Of a stretch of DNA of 64,000 bases, positions 26,456-35,719 are shown piece after piece. Below the pieces are notes generated by a model. That model searched no databases and had not been told where the DNA came from. It worked only from the letters and a program-made list of their open reading frames with translations. A program made the position numbers and the translations under genes. This stretch comes from Chloroflexota bacterium. Its GTDB lineage: Bacteria; Chloroflexota; Dehalococcoidia; Bin125. Every line of letters starts with the position of its first letter. Position 1 is the stretch's first letter. The stretch is from NCBI GenBank assembly GCA_026705025.1, contig JAPPBN010000046.1:74060-138059 (forward strand), written 5' to 3'.

Positions 26456-27529
26456 GTGAGCACCTCGGCCTCCGGATCGCCGATCCGGGCAGCGATCATC
26501 AATGTGACGGGTTACGTCGGAGCGGAGTTGGCGCGTCTGCTGGCGCAACACCCGCGTGTGGAGATCGTCTGTGTGACCGGCCGTTCCGAGGTGGGTAAGC
26601 GTTTGCCCGAGGTGTTTCCGCACCTCTGGTCGCTCGATCTGCCGATCGTCGCGGAGGTCGACGATGACATCGATGTGATTTTCTCCGGCCTGCCCCACGC
26701 AGCTGCGGCCGAGCGACTCACCCCGTTCATTGAGGGCGGCACACCCGTGATCGACGCTTCGGCCGATTTCCGTCTCTACGACGAGGAGACCTACGAGCAG
26801 TGGTATGGCGAACACCCGTCGCCGCACCTGCTGCCGGAGTCGGTGTATGGCCTGCCGGAGCTGCACCGCGATGCGATCGCGGAATCACGACTGGTCGGCG
26901 TGCCGGGCTGTTACCCCACCTCCGCCATCCTCGCGCTGGCTCCGCTCGCGGCGAAGGGTTGGCTGGATGGCCGCACCGTCGTCGATGCCAAGTCGGGCGT
27001 TTCCGGCGCGGGTCGCGCGCTGAAGATTACCTCTCACTTCTCTGAAGTTGATTCCAACTTCTCTGCCTACGGGCTGAGCGGTCATCGGCACCAGCCAGAG
27101 ATGGTTCAGGAACTCTCGACACTGCAGGACGGCGCCGACAGCGATTCCGATCTGAGCGTCACCTTCGTGCCGCACCTCGTACCGATGACGAGAGGGATCC
27201 TGGCCACCTGCTACCCCTCTATTGCTGACGGAAGCCTACCTCCGAACTCAGAAGAGCGAGTAGAAGCATTGCGCGACGTCTACGAGTCCTACTACGAGGA
27301 CGAGCCGTTTGTGCATGTCGCGCCGAATGCGCCCTCGACCAAGCAGACGCTGGGTTCGAATGCCTGCATCGTCTATCCCACTGTCGACCCGATGACCGGA
27401 GAGGTGATGGTGATCAGTGCGATCGACAACCTGGTCAAGGGCACTGCCGGCGCTGCCGTGCAGTGCTTCAACCTGATGTTCGGTTTGCCGGAAGAGCTTG
27501 GGCTGAGCAAGATCGGCGTGTATCCATGA
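26456..27529 (+). CDS. argC: N-acetyl-gamma-glutamyl-phosphate reductase
   Basis: NVTGYVGAELARLL NAD-binding N-terminus and GCYPT active-site Cys region. Confidence 0.85.
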   Translation: MSTSASGSPIRAAIINVTGYVGAELARLLAQHPRVEIVCVTGRSEVGKRLPEVFPHLWSLDLPIVAEVDDDIDVIFSGLPHAAAAERLTPFIEGGTPVIDASADFRLYDEETYEQWYGEHPSPHLLPESVYGLPELHRDAIAESRLVGVPGCYPTSAILALAPLAAKGWLDGRTVVDAKSGVSGAGRALKITSHFSEVDSNFSAYGLSGHRHQPEMVQELSTLQDGADSDSDLSVTFVPHLVPMTRGILATCYPSIADGSLPPNSEERVEALRDVYESYYEDEPFVHVAPNAPSTKQTLGSNACIVYPTVDPMTGEVMVISAIDNLVKGTAGAAVQCFNLMFGLPEELGLSKIGVYP

Positions 27530-28743
27530 CCGGCAATCACGATGCGCTGGCCGCGAATCCCGACGCCGAAGGGGCTCTCACCAGAGCGCAGGGATTCTCG
27601 GCCTGCGGATTCACAGCCGGGATCAAGGAGTCGGGTCTGCCCGATCTGGCCTTGATGGTCTCGGACCGCCCGGCGACGGCGGCGGCTGTCTACACCCAGA
27701 ACCAGAGCACGGCCGCGCCCGTACACGTCAGCAAGGCGCATACGGCGAACGGATCGTTGCGAGCCGTCGTGGTCAACTCGGGCAACGCCAACTGCGCGAC
27801 CGGTGAGCAAGGACTCGCCGATGCCCGCGAGATGACACGACTGACGGCTTCATTGATCGGCTGCGAAGCCGAGGAGGTGTTCGTCAACTCCACCGGGATC
27901 ATCGGGCACTACCTGCCCATGGACCTGTTGCGCTCTGCGATTCCTCAACTCGCGCCGGCGTCCGACGGTGGCGCCGATTTTGCCCAGTCGATCATGACCA
28001 CCGACACCTTCCAGAAGGAAGCCGTTGCGACGTTCGAAGCCAACGGCGTGAGCTACACCGTTGGCGGCTGCGCCAAGGGCGCGGGCATGATTCATCCCGA
28101 CATGGCAACGATGCTGGCCTTCTTCACCACGGATGCGCCGGTTGCTGCCGGCGCTCTGGAGTCTTGCTTCCGCTCCGCCATGGATCGATCATTCAACATG
28201 GTCACGGTTGATGGGGATACGTCGACGAACGATTCATCCGTGATCCTCGCCAACGGGGCTGCCGGCGGCGAACCGCTCTCCAGGGCCTCGCTCGAAGCGT
28301 TTGGCTCCGCCTTGCTGGATGTGTCGACGGCGTTGGCCAAGATGATGGCCCGCGATGGCGAGGGGGCGACCAAGCGGATTTCGATCACAGTCTCGGGTGC
28401 GATGTCCTGGGAGGACGCGCGCGATGTGGCGCGCACGATCGCGGTGTCGCCGCTGCTGAAGGCCGCCTTGAGCAAGTACGACCCGAACTGGGGCCGGATC
28501 CTGATGGCCGCCGGCCGCGCGGGCGTGCCGTACGACCTCGATCAGGTCAGCATTTGGATTTCCGACCTGTGCGTCTTCGACGGCACGGCCACCGGCGTGC
28601 CCGAAGCAGAGGCCTCGGAGAAGACGCAGGGCGAAGAAGTGTTCCTGAGGATGGACCTCGGGCAGGGCGACGCTGCGGCCACCGCCTGGGGCTGCGATCT
28701 GACCGAGGAGTACGTCCGCTTCAACGCCGACTACGTGACGTAG
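27526..28743 (+). CDS. argJ: Bifunctional glutamate N-acetyltransferase / amino-acid acetyltransferase
   Basis: The ATMLAFFTTDA self-cleavage site (T of ATML) and overall ArgJ motifs; the start overlaps the argC stop (ATGA). Confidence 0.85.
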   Translation: MTGNHDALAANPDAEGALTRAQGFSACGFTAGIKESGLPDLALMVSDRPATAAAVYTQNQSTAAPVHVSKAHTANGSLRAVVVNSGNANCATGEQGLADAREMTRLTASLIGCEAEEVFVNSTGIIGHYLPMDLLRSAIPQLAPASDGGADFAQSIMTTDTFQKEAVATFEANGVSYTVGGCAKGAGMIHPDMATMLAFFTTDAPVAAGALESCFRSAMDRSFNMVTVDGDTSTNDSSVILANGAAGGEPLSRASLEAFGSALLDVSTALAKMMARDGEGATKRISITVSGAMSWEDARDVARTIAVSPLLKAALSKYDPNWGRILMAAGRAGVPYDLDQVSIWISDLCVFDGTATGVPEAEASEKTQGEEVFLRMDLGQGDAAATAWGCDLTEEYVRFNADYVT

Positions 28744-28764
28744 CGGATTTCCTATCGTGGACAC

Positions 28765-29133
28765 GTGGAGGATCTGATGACGTCGCGACACGTTTGGCGA
28801 CCGCCGGGTCAGGAGCCGTCAAAGCTCCCGCCCGTGCGAATCGGCGAGGCTTGGTACGACGCCGACACTTGCGCGGAGATCCAACGGCTGATCGACGAAC
28901 ACGACGCTCGCGACGATGGTCTCACGGAAGACCGGATGATGATGCTCGAGTACGGACAGACGCCGCACGAGCTCCTGGATTCGACCGGACTCACCAATGA
29001 GGAGATCCTCGAGCAGTTCGGCGCGGAGCGGGATGAATTGGCAGCATCACTAGGCATGCCAAGCCGGGAAGAGCTGATTATCTTCAAGCACCTGCGCGCG
29101 GAGAAGCATGCCCTTCAGAGTCAGCTGGACTGA
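28765..29133 (+). CDS. Putative antitoxin-like small protein (hypothetical)
   Basis: A small acidic ORF whose 3' end overlaps the following RelE/ParE-like toxin ORF by 26 nt; no confident domain recognised. Confidence 0.35.
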   Translation: MEDLMTSRHVWRPPGQEPSKLPPVRIGEAWYDADTCAEIQRLIDEHDARDDGLTEDRMMMLEYGQTPHELLDSTGLTNEEILEQFGAERDELAASLGMPSREELIIFKHLRAEKHALQSQLD

Positions 29134-29362
29134 ACCCGCCAACCTGCAGTTCAACGGCCTGACGGAACCCTTTGGCATCGTCTGGACTCGCCAAATGGTC
29201 GGAAGCTTCCAACACGATAGGTGGGTGCGCGGTCGGATCATCTCAGATCCCACGGCGACGGGCGTTGACCTCCGCGAGCTTGAGAACGGCCCGATTCGGC
29301 TCAGGTACGAGCTCCTGATGGACGACGAATCAGTCAGAATCACGTCGGTTCGAATCACCTGA
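29108..29362 (+). CDS. RelE/ParE family toxin (type II toxin-antitoxin system)
   Basis: 84 aa; the C-terminal IRLRYELLMDDESVRITSVRIT matches the RelE/ParE beta-strand pattern (YRLxYxVDDxxxxVxVLRIGHR-like). Confidence 0.5.
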   Translation: MPFRVSWTEPANLQFNGLTEPFGIVWTRQMVGSFQHDRWVRGRIISDPTATGVDLRELENGPIRLRYELLMDDESVRITSVRIT

Positions 29363-29377
29363 GCATCTACCTGACGC

Positions 29378-30448
29378 CTACTGCAGCGGCAGTGGCGATT
29401 GCCACCACGACGGCTTGCTGCTGACCTCAATCGACGTCACCCATTTGACCCAGTTGTATCCGCGATGCCCGGGCGCAACCAGTCGGAGGGGAAATCCGTG
29501 TCCCGATGAGAGCGGCTCGCCAGAGATGTGGGTGGCCAGCAGCAGTCGGTCTGTCTCCTCCATCGAGAAGCGGCGATTGAAACCGGTCGCGGACGTGATC
29601 ACGACGCTCTCTGCCGTTTCTCCAACCTGGACTCGTGCCAGTACATCCGACAATCTCACGCCGCTCCAGTCCTGGATGGTGTACCAACCTCCGGTGCAAT
29701 CGAGCGTGGCCGTAGCTCTGTGATTGGCGATGGCTTGCAGCTCTTCATAGGCAAGTTGCACAGGCGGGTCCACCTGGCCATGGATCGTGAGGCTCCAATC
29801 GTCCACGTCGATTCGTTGGCGGCTGTCGAAGAGCCACTGCGTAACAGGATGAGCGTTACCTCGACCGCTGGCTTCTTCACGTGAGCCGGTGAATCGAGGC
29901 CGTTGACCGACCGCCGGCGCTGCGGCCGATGCACCCTGCCAGAGGACGAGGCCGCCCAGCCCGACTGCCATCAGCCTGAGTGCGGCGCGGCGATTGGTGA
30001 AGTCGGTGCGCTTGACTCGTCGCGGCCAACGCATGGCCGCATGGACGATCAATGGAATCGTCAGGGCCAGCCCGAGTGTCGTGTGGATCACCAGCAACCG
30101 GGCGTTGCCATACCCGGGTATGTCGAGACTGCCTCGGCCGATGATCGCCCAGAGCGTGCCCGTGGTCAGGACGCCGACGAAGAGCAGCACGAGAATGATC
30201 GAGCCAACTGTTTCAGATGCGACTCCGCGCCGGCGAAATGAACGCAGCACGATGCGGTACTTCCAGATCACCAGACCGACCAGCGAGAATCCCCCAATCC
30301 CGTGAAGCCAGAACACCCACTCGCCGCTGGGTCGCCCGACTGTGAAGGAAATCAGCCCGGAGAGCAGTTCGACGCCAAGCAGGAAGAGGATCGCGTGATT
30401 GGTCGCGCGGGCGCTCATACTGCGACGGTATCGGTTCGTGATTGCCAA
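29378..30448 (-). CDS. Membrane-anchored molybdopterin-dependent oxidoreductase (sulfite-oxidase-fold Moco domain; MsrQ/MsrP-like fusion)
   Basis: An N-terminal ~170 aa segment with multiple TM helices, then a Moco-binding core (CTGGWYTIQDWSGVRLSDVL...GFPLRLVAPGHRGYNWVKWV). Confidence 0.65.
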   Translation of the reverse strand: MAITNRYRRSMSARATNHAILFLLGVELLSGLISFTVGRPSGEWVFWLHGIGGFSLVGLVIWKYRIVLRSFRRRGVASETVGSIILVLLFVGVLTTGTLWAIIGRGSLDIPGYGNARLLVIHTTLGLALTIPLIVHAAMRWPRRVKRTDFTNRRAALRLMAVGLGGLVLWQGASAAAPAVGQRPRFTGSREEASGRGNAHPVTQWLFDSRQRIDVDDWSLTIHGQVDPPVQLAYEELQAIANHRATATLDCTGGWYTIQDWSGVRLSDVLARVQVGETAESVVITSATGFNRRFSMEETDRLLLATHISGEPLSSGHGFPLRLVAPGHRGYNWVKWVTSIEVSSKPSWWQSPLPLQ

Positions 30449-30492
30449 CTCCGGCGGCGTCCGTGAGGCAGGTGTCGGCTAGGCTGGCATCC

Positions 30493-31272
30493 ATGAGATC
30501 TGCCAGTCCCGGCAACGGTGCGATCGTGATCAAAATCGGTGGCTCCACCCTTGGCGAACATGACACGTCGTTGTCCGACTGCGTGGAACTGCACCGCGAG
30601 GGACGACGAGTCGTCGTCGTCCACGGCGGCGGCGCGGCGGTCACTGACTGGCAACAGCGTCTGGGAGCCGAGGCTGCCTGGGTCGACGGCCTGCGTTCGA
30701 CCACTCCAGAGTCGCTGGAAGTCGTCGTCGCCGTGCTGGCCGGCCTGATCAACAAGGAGTTGACGCGTCGTCTGCAAGAGTTGGGAGCGCCGGCCGTGGG
30801 ACTCAGCGGGGTCGACGGGCGCACGCTCAGATCGCCAATCTCAACTCGGATCGGGCTGGTCGGGGAAACGCCGTGCTGCGACCCGCAAACCCTGTGGCGA
30901 GTCCTGGAGGCGGGCCTGCTGCCGGTGCTCGCGCCGGTCGGGCTGGCCGACGATCTGTCGACGACACTCAACATCAATGCCGATGCGGCCGCGGGTGCGG
31001 TTGCGTCAGCGCTGGGTGCGGCCGCGCTGGTGTTTCTGACGGATGTGCCGCAGGTACTGGATGGACAAGGCGCGGGCATGGACTGTCTGTCCGAAGCACA
31101 ACAACGTGCGCTCACGGAGGCCGGGGTGATCGCCGGCGGCATGTTGCCCAAATTGCGCGCCGGACGCCAGGCGTTCGCTGAAGGAGTGATCGTGCGTATC
31201 GTGGACGGAAGACAACCGCATGTTGTCCGCGATGCGGTCGACGGTGCAGCGGTGGGGACGGCGCTTTCGTGA
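30493..31272 (+). CDS. argB: Acetylglutamate kinase
   Basis: IVIKIGGS...VVVHGGG...NINAD amino-acid kinase motifs; probable start ATG 30493. Confidence 0.85.
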   Translation: MRSASPGNGAIVIKIGGSTLGEHDTSLSDCVELHREGRRVVVVHGGGAAVTDWQQRLGAEAAWVDGLRSTTPESLEVVVAVLAGLINKELTRRLQELGAPAVGLSGVDGRTLRSPISTRIGLVGETPCCDPQTLWRVLEAGLLPVLAPVGLADDLSTTLNINADAAAGAVASALGAAALVFLTDVPQVLDGQGAGMDCLSEAQQRALTEAGVIAGGMLPKLRAGRQAFAEGVIVRIVDGRQPHVVRDAVDGAAVGTALS

Positions 31273-34200
31273 GCAGTGTGAACTTGAACTGGCCGGGCTG
31301 GATCCAGCGCACTCAGGGCGGCTGGCGTAACGGCAATGACGGCCCCCGCGACGTGCCGCCCTCGGATGAGGGCCGTTCCGGACAGCTGGGACCGCCGCCG
31401 CCGGTATTCCGCGAAGGATTGAGCGGTGGCGGAGTCGGCGACGACGAGCCGCCGCCCTATACAGCGGCTGAAGGCCAGCCGCCGCAGGGCGGTCGGACGT
31501 GGCCCCGTGTTGTCGTGGCCGGCGTGGCCCTGCTGGTGCTGCTGATCCTGCTCAACATCGGCATCGACATCTACGTCGACCGGCTCTGGTTCGGCAATGT
31601 CGGATACCAGGGAGTGTTTGATCTCCGGATCGTGACGCAGGTCTGGCTGTTCGCAGCGGGAGCGGGAGTAGCCCTGCTGGTGCTGGGCGGCACGTATGCG
31701 ATCGCCTGGCGCATGCCAGTGGAGGCCCTGGCCCCGGCAGTCGATGACCCGCGCCTGTCGCGAGTCATTCACATCATTGCCGCCGTGGCGATGATCCTGC
31801 TGGCGATCATCTTCGGCTCGGTCGCCGCCGGGCAGTGGGACCTGATTCTGCAGTATCTGAACGCCAAGCCGTTTGGCACCACGGATCCCCAATTCGGCAA
31901 GGATCTGGGCTTCTACGTCTTCGAGCTCGAGGCGCTGCAGTTCATGAAGGGCTGGGCGACCGGGCTGGCGATCATGGCCATGCTCACCACCGCCGCCACC
32001 TACGGCGTTCGGTTGATGATGCACCGCGGCAACGCTCGCTCGACGCTGGCCGTGCGGATCCACATCGCGCTGACCATCGCCGCCGTCATGGGGCTGTTCG
32101 TCTGGAGCTACTGGTTGGCTCGCTTCGAACTCGCGCTCAACCCCGGCGGCTTCGTCTTCGGCGCGACCTTCACCGACGACAACATTCGCTCGCCGGTCCA
32201 GATCGTCAAAATGGTCGCCGGCGTCCTGGTCATCCTTGGCGTACTCTCCTGGCCGTTCCATGAGCGGCTGCGATTCCCGTTGACTTCGATTGCGCTGCTG
32301 ATTCTGGTCTCGATCGTCGGTGGCGCCATACTGCCGGCCGCGATCCAGCGCTTCACCGTCGAGCCGAACGAGCTGCAGCGCGAGACTCCATACATCGAAC
32401 GCAACATCGCGGCGACCCGCTCGGCCTTCGCCCTGGACCAGATCCAGGAACGAGAATTTGCGGCAGACGACTTCGTTGATGAAGGTGACCTGTCGCTCAA
32501 CCCGGAGGCGCTGCTCAACGTTCGCCTGTGGGACCACCGTCCGCTCAACGACACGCTGAACACCATCCAGACGATTCGGCCGCTCTATGTCTATCCGGAT
32601 GTGGATGTAGATCGCTACAAGGTGGGCGGCGTGGAACACCAGGTGTTCCTGGCGGCGCGCGAGCTGTCGCAGGCCAATTTGCAGCCGACGCAGCAGGGCT
32701 GGGTCAACCGGCGGTTGCAATTCACGCACGGATTCGGCGTTGTAATGACGCCGGTAGACGAAGTCTCACCTGCCGGTGAGCCCGTCTTCTGGGTCTCGAA
32801 TATCCCGCCCGAGGTGATTGAAGAAACGTCGTCGGGACCGATTGACCTGGAAATCGTCGAGCCGCGCATCTATTACGGCGAAGTGACCGACGCCTATGTG
32901 ATCGCCAATAGCGAAACCGAAGAATTCGACTACCCGCTGAGCGGCGAGGAATCGGACGGCGAGGCCGACCAGGCCACGACGCGCTACTCCGGCGAGGGCG
33001 GGATCGAACTGGGCGGCTTCTTCCGTCGCCTGGCCTTCGCCTGGTCGTTTGGCGACGCCAACATTCTCATCTCCGGTTCCGTGGACGGCGACAGTCGGAT
33101 CCTCTTCCGACGTCTGATCCAGGAGCGCGTCAATGAACTGGCGCCATTCCTGCAACTCGACGCCGATCCGTACATCGTAGTCGGCGAGGACGGCCGTCTG
33201 TACTGGATCCAGGACGCCTACACGGTCACCGACCGCTACCCCTATTCACAGCCGCACGGCGTCGGCTACAACTACGTGCGCAACTCGGTCAAAGCGGTGA
33301 TCGATGCGTACCACGGGACGGTGGACCTGTACATCGTTGACGACGATGACCCGATCATTCAGGTCTGGGATGACATCTTCCCTGAACTGTTCAAGCCTGC
33401 CGAGCAATTCCCCGGCGACCTGCAGCAACACTGGCGCTACCCACAGGACTACTTCCAGATTCAAGCCGACCAGTATCTGACCTATCACATCGAGTCGGCC
33501 CGAGGCCTCTTCAACCGCGAAGACCTCTGGGCGATCCCCCAGGAACTCTTGCGTCAACAGGAGATCGCGGTCGAGCCCTACTACGTGACGTTGCGTCTGC
33601 CCGACCAGGAAGAGCCGGAGTTCCTGCTGATCCTGCCCTTCACCCCGCGCAATCGGCTCAACTCGATCGCCTGGATGGCCGGCCGCTCGGACGGCGAGAA
33701 CTACGGCAAGCTGTTCGCGTTCCGCTTCCCGGCCAACAAGAATGTCGACGGCCCCAAACAGATTGAGAACCGGATCGACCAGGATGTCGCGGTGTCGCGG
33801 CAATTCACGCTGCTTGGACAGCAGGGCTCGGAGGTGATCCGCGGCAACCTGCTCTTCATCCCGGTCGGCGATTCCTATGTGTACGTGGAACCGATCTATC
33901 TGCAGGCGGAGACCGGACGTTTCCCGCAGCTCAAGGGGGTGATCGTCGTCAACGGCGACACGATTGCCTTCGAGGACACGTTCGTCAACGCCGTCGATGT
34001 CGCGCTGGGGCGTCGCGCTGCGCAGGGGCTTTCATTCCTCGGCGACGTCCCCGGGCAGGAGACGCCAGTAGAGCCTGCCGCTGCTCCTGAACCCGAGCAA
34101 CAAGAGCAGGAAGCGGAGCCAGCGGCCCCGATCGAACTGTCCGACGATGCCGCCGAGCTGGCCGATCAGGCGCAGGTTGCCTTTGAGGAGGCGCTGCAAA

Positions 34201-34289
34201 AGCAGCGCGAAGGAGACTGGGCCGGCTACGGCGCAGCGATCGAACGGCTGGGCCAGATCCTCGAGCGTCTGTCTGCCGCTGCGGAGTAA
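31269..34289 (+). CDS. UPF0182 family membrane protein
   Basis: 1006 aa; N-terminal DRLWFGNVGYQGVF motif and ~7 TM helices followed by a large extracytoplasmic domain, as in the UPF0182/COG1615 family. Confidence 0.7.
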   Translation: MSSVNLNWPGWIQRTQGGWRNGNDGPRDVPPSDEGRSGQLGPPPPVFREGLSGGGVGDDEPPPYTAAEGQPPQGGRTWPRVVVAGVALLVLLILLNIGIDIYVDRLWFGNVGYQGVFDLRIVTQVWLFAAGAGVALLVLGGTYAIAWRMPVEALAPAVDDPRLSRVIHIIAAVAMILLAIIFGSVAAGQWDLILQYLNAKPFGTTDPQFGKDLGFYVFELEALQFMKGWATGLAIMAMLTTAATYGVRLMMHRGNARSTLAVRIHIALTIAAVMGLFVWSYWLARFELALNPGGFVFGATFTDDNIRSPVQIVKMVAGVLVILGVLSWPFHERLRFPLTSIALLILVSIVGGAILPAAIQRFTVEPNELQRETPYIERNIAATRSAFALDQIQEREFAADDFVDEGDLSLNPEALLNVRLWDHRPLNDTLNTIQTIRPLYVYPDVDVDRYKVGGVEHQVFLAARELSQANLQPTQQGWVNRRLQFTHGFGVVMTPVDEVSPAGEPVFWVSNIPPEVIEETSSGPIDLEIVEPRIYYGEVTDAYVIANSETEEFDYPLSGEESDGEADQATTRYSGEGGIELGGFFRRLAFAWSFGDANILISGSVDGDSRILFRRLIQERVNELAPFLQLDADPYIVVGEDGRLYWIQDAYTVTDRYPYSQPHGVGYNYVRNSVKAVIDAYHGTVDLYIVDDDDPIIQVWDDIFPELFKPAEQFPGDLQQHWRYPQDYFQIQADQYLTYHIESARGLFNREDLWAIPQELLRQQEIAVEPYYVTLRLPDQEEPEFLLILPFTPRNRLNSIAWMAGRSDGENYGKLFAFRFPANKNVDGPKQIENRIDQDVAVSRQFTLLGQQGSEVIRGNLLFIPVGDSYVYVEPIYLQAETGRFPQLKGVIVVNGDTIAFEDTFVNAVDVALGRRAAQGLSFLGDVPGQETPVEPAAAPEPEQQEQEAEPAAPIELSDDAAELADQAQVAFEEALQKQREGDWAGYGAAIERLGQILERLSAAAE

Positions 34290-34375
34290 GCCGCTCAAGC
34301 GCCACCAACTGCATAGACGCGCACTGAGCGCTCGCGTAGTCTGAATCGGTTGAATGTCCCGTCTGCGTAGCCGGA

Positions 34376-35569
34376 GTGACGACCATGCCCACCACCGCTG
34401 AGCGCGAGTCCGCCGTATTCATGATGTCGGCGGGCCGTCTGCCCGTCACGCTGGTGCGCGGCGAGGGCTCCAGGGTCTGGGACGACGAGGGCAACGAGTA
34501 CCTCGACTTCGTCGCTGGCATCGCCGCCGACAACCTCGGTCACTGCCATCCGCGGATCGTCGAGGCGATCAAGCAACAGGCCGAGACGCTGCTGCATGTC
34601 TCGAACTACTTCTACACGATCCCCCAGCTCGACCTCGCCGATGTCATCCTCGAACAGTCGGGCATGACCAGGATCTTTTTCTGCAACAGCGGCGCCGAGG
34701 CGACTGAGGGCGCCATCAAGATCGGCCGCAAGTGGGGTCAGACCCGGCGCGACGGCGCGACCGAAATCATCGTCATGGATGAGGCGTTCCACGGCCGCAC
34801 CCTGGCTTCCGTCAATGCATCAGGCAATCCCAACTACCGCGAGCCCTTCGGTCCGCTCGACGGCTTCAGCCACGTGCCGTTCAACGATGTCGGCGCGGTG
34901 CGGGATGCCATCGGTCCGCAGACCGCGGCCATCCTGGTCGAACCTCTACAGGGCGAGGGCGGCGTCAACGTCGCCGACGAGGGCTACCTCGTCGCTCTGC
35001 GCCAGATCTGCGACGAGCACAACCTGCTGCTGATGCTCGACGAGGTCCAGACTGGTATCGGCCGCACCGGCAAACTGTTCGCCTGGCAGCACGAGAACGT
35101 CCAGCCCGACGTGATGGCGCTGGCCAAGGGACTGGGCAGCGGCGTGCCGATCGGCGCAATCGTGGCCAACGAGCGCGGCGACATCCTCGAGCCCGGTGAT
35201 CACGGCACGACGTTCGGCGGCCAGCCGTTCACGACTTCCGTGGCCCTGGAGACGTTGCGCGTCATCATCGAGGAAGACATTCCCGCCCAGGCGGCCGCGC
35301 GCGGAGAACAGCTGACCTCCGGCATCCGCGCGCTTGAGGATCGGCACCCGCTGATCGACCACGTGCGCGGCAAGGGATTGCTGGTCGCGGTCCAACTCAG
35401 TGAGGACGTCGGCCCGGCGCTGGTCGCAGCGATTCGAGAGCGCGGGCTGATCTGCAACGTCGTGAAGCCGAACGTGCTGCGCCTCGTTCCGCCGCTGACC
35501 ATCTCCGAAGACGAAATCAACGACGCGATCGGCATCATCGACGACGCACTGGCCTCAATCGCCGAATAG
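34376..35569 (+). CDS. argD: Acetylornithine aminotransferase
   Basis: Class III aminotransferase motifs (FFCNSGAEATEGAIK, LLMLDEVQTGIGRTG). Confidence 0.85.
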   Translation: MTTMPTTAERESAVFMMSAGRLPVTLVRGEGSRVWDDEGNEYLDFVAGIAADNLGHCHPRIVEAIKQQAETLLHVSNYFYTIPQLDLADVILEQSGMTRIFFCNSGAEATEGAIKIGRKWGQTRRDGATEIIVMDEAFHGRTLASVNASGNPNYREPFGPLDGFSHVPFNDVGAVRDAIGPQTAAILVEPLQGEGGVNVADEGYLVALRQICDEHNLLLMLDEVQTGIGRTGKLFAWQHENVQPDVMALAKGLGSGVPIGAIVANERGDILEPGDHGTTFGGQPFTTSVALETLRVIIEEDIPAQAAARGEQLTSGIRALEDRHPLIDHVRGKGLLVAVQLSEDVGPALVAAIRERGLICNVVKPNVLRLVPPLTISEDEINDAIGIIDDALASIAE

Positions 35570-35706
35570 GCCCGAACGGAACCGAACAGGATCGAACGCC
35601 AGCGAACGAGATCGACCCGACGCGAATACTCCACGTCCGTCAACGGTCGCTCAGAATCGAACGCGATCGAACAAGATCGAACAGATCCGAACAAATCGAA
35701 CACAGT
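35570..35706. repeat. Array of ~10 CGAAC-containing repeats at 9-10-bp spacing, ending in 4 tandem (A/G)ATCGAACA decamers, immediately upstream of argG
   Basis: Read directly: ccgaacgg, ccgaacagg, atcgaacgcc, gcgaacgag, atcgaccc, aatcgaacgc, gatcgaacaa, gatcgaacag, atccgaacaa, aatcgaacac. Confidence 0.6.
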
Positions 35707-35719
35707 TGGGAGCACTGGG

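Noticed and set aside
30213-32729. 838-aa minus-strand ORF
   Set aside because: This is an antisense shadow of argB and the UPF0182 gene; its composition is low-complexity (R/A/P/S-rich), while the plus-strand genes have clear family motifs.
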